This document shows, one piece after another, positions 47,425 through 56,279 of a stretch of DNA of 64,000 nt. The position numbers and the translations under genes are program-made. The notes beneath the pieces were generated by a model. It was given only the letters and a program-made list of their open reading frames with translations. It was not told where the DNA came from and searched no databases. The stretch's first letter is position 1; the number at the start of each line of letters is the position of its first letter. Where the stretch lies: NCBI GenBank assembly GCA_035457345.1, contig DATIBT010000033.1, positions 2,390-66,389 on the forward strand, read 5' to 3'. Origin of the DNA: Candidatus Saccharimonadales bacterium. Lineage in GTDB: Bacteria; Patescibacteriota; Saccharimonadia; Saccharimonadales; EFPC-124.

Positions 47425-49817
47425 AACCCGGGCTTGACCTTAGTAGCTCGCGCGCGCAACAAGCCAGATTGAGTTTGGCAATTGCCAGGCCGTTGATTCG
47501 TGCCAGTCTTATTGTGGCGTACCTTTTTGGCATGGGAGTGGGGCTGTGGCTAGTAGTGTTGGGCCATGCCTCTGGTTGGCTGCTTGCGACATTGGCCTTT
47601 TGGCCGGTTATGCCCCTTGTGTGGTACGAATGGTGGCTGAAAGAATTGCCGCCACCAAAACGTGCGGAGAGCGTTGATGATTGGCTCGAGCCAGAACTAC
47701 TCGGCAGACTCAAAGGTAATATGTCTCCGCAACAGATTGCAGAATTGACCATGCGTACCAATGGCGGCTTGTTCTTTATGGCACGCTTGGGTATTGGCCC
47801 GAATTTCTTACGCGATATGAGCCCTCAGAACGCTGCTGAAAGCCAAGTGGTATGGCAAAACGCCTTGCAACTGCGGCATGATCTACAGCTTAAACAACTG
47901 TCTGCTCCTGTGGTGGCTGCGGCATTGGTGCGGTCCATGGCTAATCGCGATCAGCTGTTGGCGCGGCTACAGATAACATTTGAGGACGTACTGTCCGCGG
48001 TTCGTTGGTACCATCACATTGATGATTTGCGCGAGATGCACAGCCGCCGGCGTAACGATGGCGGCATTGGCCGCGACCTAAGCTTTGGCTACACAAACAT
48101 GCTGAGCCGGTTTGCTACTAACGTTAGCCAGGCAGTGGGAAGGGGTGGTCTTACCCGTGAACTCGAGGCGCATCAAAATATCCTCGACCAGCTTATACAA
48201 CAGCTCACCACGAGCGGGCGACGCAATGCGGTACTCGTGGGTCCAAATGGCGTAGGTAAGACAACGCTCGTGTACGCCTTTGCTGAACGGTTATTGCAAG
48301 ATGCCAAGCAAGTGCCGCCGGCATTGCGCTATCGTCAGGTTATGGCGCTCGATCCGGCAAGCCTTATCTCGCACGCGCGGGGCCGCGGTGAGCTCGAGGC
48401 GTTGCTGACACAGCTACTCAACGAAGCGTACGCCGCCAAAAATGTCATTCTTTTCTTCGATAACGCCGAGCTTTTTTTCGGCGAAAGCACTGGCGCAGTA
48501 GATGTGCGCAATATTTTGTTGCCAGTGCTCGAGAGCGGAGCGATTACCATCATCTTGAGTATGGATGAACAGCAATGGCTCAAACTGGGCCGCACTACCC
48601 CAAGCCTGACACAGCAACTTAGCCGCATAAGCGTGCAAAGCCTCAATGAATCAGATACCCTGTTGGTCTGCGAAGATAAAATCCTGGAGTTTGAGTACCG
48701 TAGCAAATCCATATACATGTACCAGGCCATGAAGACCGCGTATCGCCTTGGTACGCGTTATGTGGCCGACATGGCTATGCCTGGACAGGCGCTCCATATT
48801 TTAGAGGCAGCCGCTCAACACGCTGAGGGTAAACTAGTAACTGCCGCAAGTGTCGAGAAGGCCGTGGAGCAGCTGTACGGTGTTAAAGTCGCCAACGCGC
48901 GCGGGGGTGACGAGCGCCAGATGCTACTTAACTTGGAGAATCTCCTCCACGAGCGCATGATCAACCAAGTAAAGGCTGTGGCCGCTGTGGCAAATGCCCT
49001 ACGCCGCGCACGGAGCGGCGTACGTAACCAGAACCGGCCAATCGGCAGCTTTATGTTCCTCGGCCCGACTGGCGTGGGTAAAACCGAACTCGCCAAAGCA
49101 TTGGCAGCGGTGTATTTTGGCGGCGAAGACCACTTAATACGCCTCGACCTCAACGAGTTTGGCCGCGCCAGCGACGTTGGCCGCCTTATTGCTGACGCCG
49201 CCACCGACCCCCTTAGCCTCACCGCTCAAATTAGCAAGCAGCCGTTCAGTGTGGTTCTGCTCGACGAAATTGAAAAAGCGCACCCTAATGTCCTCAACAC
49301 CTTGCTGCAACTACTTGATGAAGGCATTATGCGAGATGTTAATAACCGCGAAATCAGCTTTCGTGACGCCGTACTTATTGCCACAAGCAACGCTGGCGCC
49401 GATCGCATTCGCCAATATATAGAAGCTGGTTATGAGCTGGAGCAATTCCAAAAAACATTCGTCGATGAGCTCATTAACGCCGGTCTATTTAAGCCCGAAT
49501 TCTTAAACCGTTTCGACGAGATTGTCGTATTTAGGCCACTCAAAGAAAACGAACTCCTGCAGGTCATTGACCTCATGCTGGCAGGCGTGAACAAAACGCT
49601 GGCGCAACAACAGCTATCGGTGCACGTTGCAGACGATGCCAAGAAGGTGCTTGTAGGCAAAGGTAACGACCCGCGCCTTGGCGCCCGGCCTATGCGCCGT
49701 ATTGTGCAGCGCACCGTAGAGAATATTGTGGCCAAACGATTGCTCGAAGGAGAAATTGCGCCCGGCACCACAATTGAGATATCATTGAGCGACATACAAG
49801 GAGCACTAGAAGAGTGA
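47421..49817 (+). CDS. Membrane-anchored ClpA/ClpB-family AAA+ ATPase
   Basis: Two N-terminal TMs; GPNGVGKT, GPTGVGKT, LLDEIEKAH, PEFLNRFD and GARPMRR. Confidence 0.9.
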   Translation: MKPGLDLSSSRAQQARLSLAIARPLIRASLIVAYLFGMGVGLWLVVLGHASGWLLATLAFWPVMPLVWYEWWLKELPPPKRAESVDDWLEPELLGRLKGNMSPQQIAELTMRTNGGLFFMARLGIGPNFLRDMSPQNAAESQVVWQNALQLRHDLQLKQLSAPVVAAALVRSMANRDQLLARLQITFEDVLSAVRWYHHIDDLREMHSRRRNDGGIGRDLSFGYTNMLSRFATNVSQAVGRGGLTRELEAHQNILDQLIQQLTTSGRRNAVLVGPNGVGKTTLVYAFAERLLQDAKQVPPALRYRQVMALDPASLISHARGRGELEALLTQLLNEAYAAKNVILFFDNAELFFGESTGAVDVRNILLPVLESGAITIILSMDEQQWLKLGRTTPSLTQQLSRISVQSLNESDTLLVCEDKILEFEYRSKSIYMYQAMKTAYRLGTRYVADMAMPGQALHILEAAAQHAEGKLVTAASVEKAVEQLYGVKVANARGGDERQMLLNLENLLHERMINQVKAVAAVANALRRARSGVRNQNRPIGSFMFLGPTGVGKTELAKALAAVYFGGEDHLIRLDLNEFGRASDVGRLIADAATDPLSLTAQISKQPFSVVLLDEIEKAHPNVLNTLLQLLDEGIMRDVNNREISFRDAVLIATSNAGADRIRQYIEAGYELEQFQKTFVDELINAGLFKPEFLNRFDEIVVFRPLKENELLQVIDLMLAGVNKTLAQQQLSVHVADDAKKVLVGKGNDPRLGARPMRRIVQRTVENIVAKRLLEGEIAPGTTIEISLSDIQGALEE

Positions 49818-50353
49818 AAGCAAAATTTGAACAATACCTGGGGCAGTTAGTGTACGGAGCGATTGATGGCTCGGTGACAACCTTTGCGGTTGTGGCTGGA
49901 GCTGCAGGCGCTAAGCTCGGCTCGACGGTCATAATTATTTTAGGATTCGCTAATTTAATTGCGGATGGGTTCTCTATGGGCGCAAGCGCATACCTGGCCG
50001 CCAAGTCAGAGCGGGATCTTAAACTCAGCAAAGATGAAAATCATGAAGGCGGTGAGACGCCGGCTGGCGATGGCATTGCCACGTTTACCTCGTTTGTAGT
50101 GGTTGGCTTTGTGCCAATTATCGTCTATGTTGTTGATGCGTTATTGGGTAGCAAGGGTGACTCAATAATTCTCTTTGCAATCAGTTGTTTCCTTACTGGT
50201 GCGGCCTTTATGGCGATTGGTATTGTGAAGGGGCAGATGACTAAAACAAATCAGCTAAGGGCAGCGCTCGAGACATTGCTGCTTGGCGGTATTGCCGCCG
50301 GCTTGGCCTATGCGTTGGGCGATGTGCTGGGCCGGGCATTAGGCGGTAGTTAA
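49814..50353 (+). CDS. VIT1/CCC1-family metal transporter
   Basis: VYGAIDGSVTTFAVVAG and ANLIADGFSMG motifs. Confidence 0.9.
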   Translation: MKAKFEQYLGQLVYGAIDGSVTTFAVVAGAAGAKLGSTVIIILGFANLIADGFSMGASAYLAAKSERDLKLSKDENHEGGETPAGDGIATFTSFVVVGFVPIIVYVVDALLGSKGDSIILFAISCFLTGAAFMAIGIVKGQMTKTNQLRAALETLLLGGIAAGLAYALGDVLGRALGGS

Positions 50354-50370
50354 CAATCTTTAGAAAAGGC

Positions 50371-50407
50371 GAAAGGGCCGGGACGCATAGAGTGCCACGG
50401 CCCTTTC
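50371..50407. terminator. Hairpin between convergent genes
   Basis: GAAAGGGCCG...CGGCCCTTTC. Confidence 0.65.
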
Positions 50408-50436
50408 GGACATCGGTTTGTATACGCGAGTCCGCG

Positions 50437-51210
50437 CTAGTTCCCTTGGGGTGCTAGCTCACGCCTTCGCTTGCTTGCACGGTCGGCCGCGACGCCATAC
50501 GCAACCATCAGTAGGATGGTGATGGTGATTCCTAGGCTGACCATCCACGCGCCGAGTGTTCCGCGGGCACGGAATCCTTCCCGCAGTAGGAATACGGCGA
50601 TGAAGTACTCCCACACCTGGACCTTCATGGTGAGGCGCATCAACAGGACGCTAAATCGGAAATCAAAATCCGAGTAGGCCGCCCAGTACTGTTCTGTCCG
50701 ATCTTCTAGTACGGCCACCAGCTGGCGCCGGTCACGCCGGCACCACCAGGGGATGGCGTCGGTAACACGCAGGATGATGATTGCGTCGAGTACGCCGCTT
50801 ACTCCTCCGGAGAATGCCCACCGGACACACCACCAGCGCCACCATAGCGGATTGGCATACCGTGCGAAATCTTCGCGGCCCGCCGGTGTACTTTGGGTGG
50901 CGGTGACGTAGCGCCAGCAGAAGTTGCGGGCGTACTTGATGACAGTCTGGTGCCGCAGGGCACTATCCCATATGACGCCGGTCGCCAGCAGGGTGATACC
51001 GATTGGCCACGCCAGCTTCCAGCCGTCGAAGGCCGGATGCCAGACGGGGTAGGTGGACCAGACGCATGTCATGAGCACCAATAACCAGAAGGCAGTTTGC
51101 ACCGACCGCCGGTCATCTCGGAACTTCGCCGACCATCGGTCGACCACGTACGGCGCCCGGCCGATACCGAGCACTGAGCCTGCGAAGCGCATTGCGCCTG
51201 CAAAACCCAT
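50437..51210 (-). CDS. GC-rich, Trp/Arg-rich membrane protein, unknown function
   Basis: AAGGAG RBS; TTGACT-17 nt-TATAGT promoter; several TM helices. Confidence 0.7.
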   Translation of the reverse strand: MGFAGAMRFAGSVLGIGRAPYVVDRWSAKFRDDRRSVQTAFWLLVLMTCVWSTYPVWHPAFDGWKLAWPIGITLLATGVIWDSALRHQTVIKYARNFCWRYVTATQSTPAGREDFARYANPLWWRWWCVRWAFSGGVSGVLDAIIILRVTDAIPWWCRRDRRQLVAVLEDRTEQYWAAYSDFDFRFSVLLMRLTMKVQVWEYFIAVFLLREGFRARGTLGAWMVSLGITITILLMVAYGVAADRASKRRRELAPQGN

Positions 51211-51318
51211 CAGCTGTTCTCCTTGTTCTATTGGCAAGCTTGCTAGGCCTAATGACTATAAAATATATGATATTTATAGTCAATGCTTCTAACAGATGTG
51301 ATATAATATCCTCTGCCT

Positions 51319-51393
51319 GCGGGTGTGGTATAACGGTTATTATTCCAGTTTTCCAAACTGGCGACGAGAGTTCGACTCTCTCCACCCGCACCA
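51319..51393 (+). tRNA. tRNA-Gly(TCC)
   Basis: GCGGGTG...CACCCGC-ACCA; anticodon loop TTTCCAA. Confidence 0.95.
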
Positions 51394-51431
51394 AGAAAAA
51401 TAGCCTACTTCATGTAGGCTATTTTTCTTGG
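51391..51431. terminator. Bidirectional hairpin between convergent tRNAs
   Basis: CCAAGAAAAATAGCCTAC-ttcat-GTAGGCTATTTTTCTTGG. Confidence 0.8.
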
Positions 51432-51506
51432 GGCGAATGATGGGGTTCGAACCCACGGCCTCCGGAGCCACAATCCAGCGCTCTAACCAGCTGAGCTACA
51501 TCCGCC
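51429..51506 (-). tRNA. tRNA-His(GTG)
   Basis: Reverse complement reads GGCGGATGTAGCTCAG...ATTGTGGC...GTTCGAA...CGCCCCA, with G-1. Confidence 0.95.
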
Positions 51507-51625
51507 AAGTAACGGAGCCTATTATATCAGTTTGTTTGCATGTTTAACAGATGGGATTTAGTGTTTTCTTGGAATACGACCAGGGGAGAGGTGCTTGGGG
51601 CCGGCGCTGGTCCGGCCCACTCGCG

Positions 51626-52168
51626 TCATGCTTTGAGGTAGGCAATGCCGGCCTTGCGCAGTGCATCTTCGATTCCTTCGACCATGTCCGGGGTCATGTC
51701 CGGAATCTCGCGCAGCTCTGCTGGCGTCCAGCGGCGCAGGAACTCTACCGAGGTGATACAAGTTGCTATGAGGACGTTCCATATTGGGTCACTTAGTTCC
51801 AGTTTGTCTTTCAGGTCTTCCCTGAGCAGTTCCTCCGGCGTGACGTCTGCGAACCTGAGACCCAACTGCTTCATGAGGCTGAGGATCACGAGCATGGAGT
51901 TGTGGTTCTGACCGATCATCACCCAGAAGTGACGGAACGCCATGTCTCTGGCCCGGTCCAGCGTGTACCACCACTCGGGCCTGAGCGGGTTCAAGCAATC
52001 GCTCAGCGGCACGTAGTCGCCGATGCGGATTTGATCCGCCGGCAGCGGCTCACCTTTCTGGCCGAGTGGCGTAAATTGCAACCCATGCACGGCTGCAGTC
52101 GCAGCAATTTGGTGTACTGCGCCCTCGCCGAGAGGCTCGCCGGTGATGGTAAGGTGAAATACGGGCAT
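51626..52168 (-). CDS. Stand-alone RNA polymerase alpha-CTD-like protein (degenerate copy)
   Basis: C-terminal LELSDPIWNVL..CITSV..L..WTPAELREIPDM...VEGIEDAL...G matches the alpha-CTD/HhH pattern; GGAGG RBS. Confidence 0.7.
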   Translation of the reverse strand: MPVFHLTITGEPLGEGAVHQIAATAAVHGLQFTPLGQKGEPLPADQIRIGDYVPLSDCLNPLRPEWWYTLDRARDMAFRHFWVMIGQNHNSMLVILSLMKQLGLRFADVTPEELLREDLKDKLELSDPIWNVLIATCITSVEFLRRWTPAELREIPDMTPDMVEGIEDALRKAGIAYLKA

Positions 52169-52380
52169 GGTGCCCCTCCAATCCTGGTCGAGCAAACTAT
52201 ATCATTAATAAGCAATTCTAACAAATTTAGCAGGTGGCTTGTCCTGGGCGGCCACGATGATTATACCTTCGCCCGTTTGAGGAGCGGCTTTGTCGCACAG
52301 ACAAACTTTATTATTGTTTCCGGGGTAATTGACCAGGGTGGAGCATTCGCGCTGGCGGGGCCTGCAGCCCCGCCGGCACG

Positions 52381-52938
52381 TCACTCGCCTGCGAGCTTGA
52401 GTCCGAGCAGGGCCAGCTTACGTCGGATCTCGCCAATGCCTTTGTCGCCGAGGTTGCGGAAATCGTTCAGGTCGCCTTTGGTCCAGAAGCTCAAGAAGTA
52501 CATCGATTTGATTTTTTCGCGGTCGAGTACGTTAAATACTCGTACGCTGAAGTTCATGTCGTTGATGTCGTTCGTTAGTAGCCGTTCAGGGTCGGCGTCG
52601 GCGAATGACGCATCGTTGTCGCGCATCAGCCTGATGATCTGGAAGGCGGCCTCGAGGCAGGCGTCATTGCGGTGTAATAGGGTGGTGTTCCAGAACTGCC
52701 TGAAGGTGACGGCTTCCAGGTCTGCCACCGTGATCATGTTGCCTTGCTTGAGCCGGCTGGCTATGCCGTCTGGCAACACGACATGCTCGGCAATGACGAC
52801 CGTAGCTCCTTGCGAGATGTAGTCCTGCCCCTCCACTACCTCCACTTGGAAACCGACTTGACGCGCGAGTGAAATGACTCGCCGCGACGGCGCGCCCGCT
52901 AGTTCTGCACCGCCCGAAATCGTGATAACAATTTCCAC
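52381..52938 (-). CDS. Stand-alone RNA polymerase alpha-CTD domain protein
   Basis: INDMNFSVRVFNVLDREKI...DLNDFRNLGDKGIGEIRRKLALLGL; GTG start after GGAGG. Confidence 0.82.
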   Translation of the reverse strand: MEIVITISGGAELAGAPSRRVISLARQVGFQVEVVEGQDYISQGATVVIAEHVVLPDGIASRLKQGNMITVADLEAVTFRQFWNTTLLHRNDACLEAAFQIIRLMRDNDASFADADPERLLTNDINDMNFSVRVFNVLDREKIKSMYFLSFWTKGDLNDFRNLGDKGIGEIRRKLALLGLKLAGE

Positions 52939-52997
52939 TAGGATCCTCCATCCTGGTCGTGGCAAACTATATCATCGCAAAGAAATAATTACAATCA

Positions 52998-53073
52998 TGG
53001 CGCCCCGGGTAAGATTCGAACTTACGGCCAGAAGCTTAGAAGTCTCCTGCTCTATCCACTGAGCTACCGGGGC
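52998..53073 (-). tRNA. tRNA-Arg(TCT)
   Basis: Reverse complement reads GCCCCGGTAGCTCAG...CTTCTAA...GTTCGAATC...CCGGGGC-GCCA. Confidence 0.93.
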
Positions 53074-53127
53074 CTGATTGTAGTATTGTAGCAAACTCTT
53101 TTGTAGAGTCGCGTATAATACAAGCAT

Positions 53128-53718
53128 ATGCTATTTGACACCACGCCCCGGCGACGGTACGGTTGGATATTGCCCCTAGTGGCCGTGATTGCGGTTGGTG
53201 TTGGATTATATCTGTTATTGTTATCGACGGCACCATCTTTGCCTGCGATATCATTGTTTGGCATGTCAGATGTTGATATCGAGGCGTCGTTAGCCGAAAA
53301 GCCTGGTGCGCGTGGCGATCGTTTATATATTCCACAACTCGCCATCGATGTGCCTATTGGCGAAGAAGAAAATGCTTTGGAGCGTGGCGCCTGGCACCGC
53401 GTACCTGAAAACGGTAATCCAATTAAGGGCGGTAATTTTGTGTTGAGCGCGCACCGTTTTGTCATAGGTTGGACACCGCAGCAGACGCGTAATAACTCGC
53501 CATTTTATCGGCTTGACCAGCTGCTGCCGGGTAATCTCATTTATGTTGATTACAAATCTAAGCGTTACACGTACCGGGTGGACCGGTTGTACCCGGTGCC
53601 CTCAACAGCTACTGAGATTGAGGCGCCGAGCAACGCGGCAAAGTTAACGTTATATTCGTGTGATTTACGAGGTGAAAGCGCTGGGCGGTTAGTGGTCGAG
53701 GCAGTGCCGCAGCGGTGA
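53128..53718 (+). CDS. Sortase family protein
   Basis: N-terminal TM; GNFVLSAH (His), LTLYSC (Cys) and RLVV (Arg) catalytic triad. Confidence 0.9.
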   Translation: MLFDTTPRRRYGWILPLVAVIAVGVGLYLLLLSTAPSLPAISLFGMSDVDIEASLAEKPGARGDRLYIPQLAIDVPIGEEENALERGAWHRVPENGNPIKGGNFVLSAHRFVIGWTPQQTRNNSPFYRLDQLLPGNLIYVDYKSKRYTYRVDRLYPVPSTATEIEAPSNAAKLTLYSCDLRGESAGRLVVEAVPQR

Positions 53719-53772
53719 GGGCACGGCCCGGGCTGCTGGTTGGAGCCAGTCCCCGGGCCGTACACGCCGATT

Positions 53773-54627
53773 TTAATGACGGCGCCTTATCCACTGGTTG
53801 CCGCCGCTGATGGGCTTGGCTGTTGCGAACCGGACGGGCGGCCGCAATTGCAAGGTGCGCTTTCCGATGAACCTATCCAATAGTGACTCAACCTCTTTGA
53901 GCACGGGAATGGATGCTTCACGCGTGTTCAATAGTCGGTCAATGATCGATCCGCTGAGCACCACCTCTCGCTCTGGATGTGTCAGAATCAGAGGCACGAG
54001 CGCCCATTGCACGAAGTTGCGCAGATGAAAGTGTTGCCATTGCTCTTGCCGAATGTTGCCGAAATCGCCATTCGCGAAGTCCCGCAGCCCAGCTGCGCCG
54101 ACCAACAGGTCTACGCAGCACCCTACGCCGCACGGGCAGTTCAATCCATTCCCGGCGTAAGGTGCTGGGAAGTGACCGATGGGCACTCGTGTAGCAGCCA
54201 GACTGTCGCTTGCGGTAGTTGCCGCCGTGATGCCGGCATCCCACGATACGCAGGTGAGAGCCTTTGGGGAGCTAGTGCCAGACAGTTCTCCCGCTAGTAC
54301 GGCTTCTGCTGCCTCGCAGACGCTCACCGGAATGTCACCGAGTGCTTCCTTCAGGTTCATCTCCACCGTCGGGCCAGCCCAATTTGCGTACAAGACACCC
54401 ATACTGAGCACTCGCCTCATAGGAGTGAGCGCCGCGGGGAGCACAAGCACCGCCTCTTCCGGCGGTACGCTTCCCCACGCCGCCTGGGCCGCCCGGGCAG
54501 TGTTTTCGAGCCAGGTCCAGTAATCACGGTTTGTGGGAAATGTGCGGTCGCCAGCAAGCCCGCCGGGAGATGGAATGCCAAGCCGTGTGTTGCTCACGTC
54601 AACGGCAATGACAAGTCGTCTTGTCAT
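53773..54627 (-). CDS. Divergent ROK-family protein (GC-rich)
   Basis: IAVDVSNT, IGHFP, CPCGVGCCVD Zn-motif variant and P..VVLSGSI. Confidence 0.7.
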   Translation of the reverse strand: MTRRLVIAVDVSNTRLGIPSPGGLAGDRTFPTNRDYWTWLENTARAAQAAWGSVPPEEAVLVLPAALTPMRRVLSMGVLYANWAGPTVEMNLKEALGDIPVSVCEAAEAVLAGELSGTSSPKALTCVSWDAGITAATTASDSLAATRVPIGHFPAPYAGNGLNCPCGVGCCVDLLVGAAGLRDFANGDFGNIRQEQWQHFHLRNFVQWALVPLILTHPEREVVLSGSIIDRLLNTREASIPVLKEVESLLDRFIGKRTLQLRPPVRFATAKPISGGNQWIRRRH

Positions 54628-54675
54628 GGGTGCATCACCTACCTTCTAAGTGGATGACGCTACTATACAATAGTT

Positions 54676-56205
54676 TTATAATTCGCGCAGCACTTCTATG
54701 TGGGCGCCAATTGAGTTGAGCCGCGCGGCCAGGTCCTCGTAGCCACGGTTAATAGAGTAGACATTACGCAGTACCGAAACGCCATCGGCGGCAAGCATGC
54801 CGATCAAAATAAGCACAGCAGGCCGCAAGGCAGGCGGACAAATGACTTCGGCGGCTCGCCAGTGCGTCGGCCCGTTAACGTAGGCACGGTGCACGTCGGC
54901 AAGCGTAATTTCAGCATTGAGTTTGTTTAGTTCCGTGTAATAGATGGCGCGGTTTTCGTATGTCCAGTCATGAATAAGCATTTTACCCCGTGCGTTTGCG
55001 GCAATTGGCACAAAGTAAGGCAGGTTGTCCATGTTCATACCTGGATCGTCGTGGGCTTCAAGCTTGTCTTCAAGCGCAATCAGGTGCGATGCGTCGAGGC
55101 ACTGGATATCCACGAGTGCCGTGTGACCGTTTTTGGCTTTGTACTCGTCGCTAACTTTAAACTTGAAGTTCATCTTTTCGAGCTTAAGCAGCTCAAGGTC
55201 GAGGTAGTCAATCGGTACACGGCGAATAGTGATAGGTGAGTTAGTGGTGGCCGCGATGCTTAAGAAGGTCATGGCTTCGATTGGGTCTTCGCTGGGCCAA
55301 TATTCAACATCTTCATTTATAGTCTTTTTGCCGTGGATGCGGAGGGTGTGCGTGCCAATGCCTTCTACCTTGACCCCAAGCTTGGTTAAGAAGTGACAGA
55401 CGTCGACAACCATATAGTTACTGGCAGCGCGGCGGATTTCAACGACACCGTTGATACGGGCTGCGGCCATAATAGCGTTTTCGGTTGGGGTGTTACCACT
55501 TTCGTACATCACAACTTTGCCTGGGTTGCGTGGCTTGCTTGTACAGTTGTACCAGCCGGTCGTGGTAGTAACTTTGAGGCCCATTTCTTCAAGGGCAAAC
55601 AGGTGAGGGCGGATGGTGCGCTCGCCCAACTTGCAGCCACCAGCGAACGGAATTTTAAATTCAGGAAGCAAGTGCATGAGCGGACCCATGTACATAAGGA
55701 CACTGCGGGTTTTGCGGCCCGCTTCGACGTCGATATTTTTCATCTGCAGCTTGGCCGGCGGCTTGATCTCCAGGTCGCCAAGGTCATTCAGCCAGCGCAC
55801 TTTTACGCCAATGCTGATGAGTACCTCGATAAGGCGGTTGACCTCTTCAATCTTTGGCATCCGGCGTAGGGTTGTTGTGCCCTTGTTGAGTAACGAGGCG
55901 CACAAAAGACCAACGGCGGCGTTTTTGCTTGTACGCACAGTAATCTCACCTTTGAGCTTATGGCCGCCTTCGATACGGAAGTTCAGCGTGCCAGGACGGT
56001 TAAGCGATACAATCTCGCTGTTAAGCGCGTCGCTAATACGGGCCAACATTTCCATGCTCAGGTTCTGGCCTCCGTTCTCGATGCGGTTTACCGCGCTTTG
56101 GCTCGTCTTAAGCGCCTTAGCGAATTCGGCCTGGGTAAGGCCGCGGTCGAGTCGGGTTTGTTGAATTAACTTACCAATCTTTTGCTTGTAGTGCAGATCT
56201 GTCAT
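54676..56205 (-). CDS. murA: XRE-HTH fused UDP-N-acetylglucosamine 1-carboxyvinyltransferase
   Basis: N-terminal TQAEFAKALKTSQSAVNRIENG HTH; SKNAA, GGCKLGER, DPIEA, YENR and INRGYE. Confidence 0.93.
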   Translation of the reverse strand: MTDLHYKQKIGKLIQQTRLDRGLTQAEFAKALKTSQSAVNRIENGGQNLSMEMLARISDALNSEIVSLNRPGTLNFRIEGGHKLKGEITVRTSKNAAVGLLCASLLNKGTTTLRRMPKIEEVNRLIEVLISIGVKVRWLNDLGDLEIKPPAKLQMKNIDVEAGRKTRSVLMYMGPLMHLLPEFKIPFAGGCKLGERTIRPHLFALEEMGLKVTTTTGWYNCTSKPRNPGKVVMYESGNTPTENAIMAAARINGVVEIRRAASNYMVVDVCHFLTKLGVKVEGIGTHTLRIHGKKTINEDVEYWPSEDPIEAMTFLSIAATTNSPITIRRVPIDYLDLELLKLEKMNFKFKVSDEYKAKNGHTALVDIQCLDASHLIALEDKLEAHDDPGMNMDNLPYFVPIAANARGKMLIHDWTYENRAIYYTELNKLNAEITLADVHRAYVNGPTHWRAAEVICPPALRPAVLILIGMLAADGVSVLRNVYSINRGYEDLAARLNSIGAHIEVLREL

Positions 56206-56212
56206 GACAAAA

Positions 56213-56232
56213 TTATATCATTTTTGATATAA
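56213..56232. promoter_or_regulatory. Palindromic operator overlapping the -10 of HTH-murA
   Basis: Perfect inverted repeat TTATATCA-tttt-TGATATAA. Confidence 0.65.
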
Positions 56233-56279
56233 ATGGGAATACTTTTACAGAGAAAAGTAGTCACCGACCATAACATGGG

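Noticed and set aside
51902-52822. 306-aa plus-strand ORF and similar long antisense ORFs
   Set aside because: These are shadows of GC-rich minus-strand genes that have recognisable domains and RBSs.
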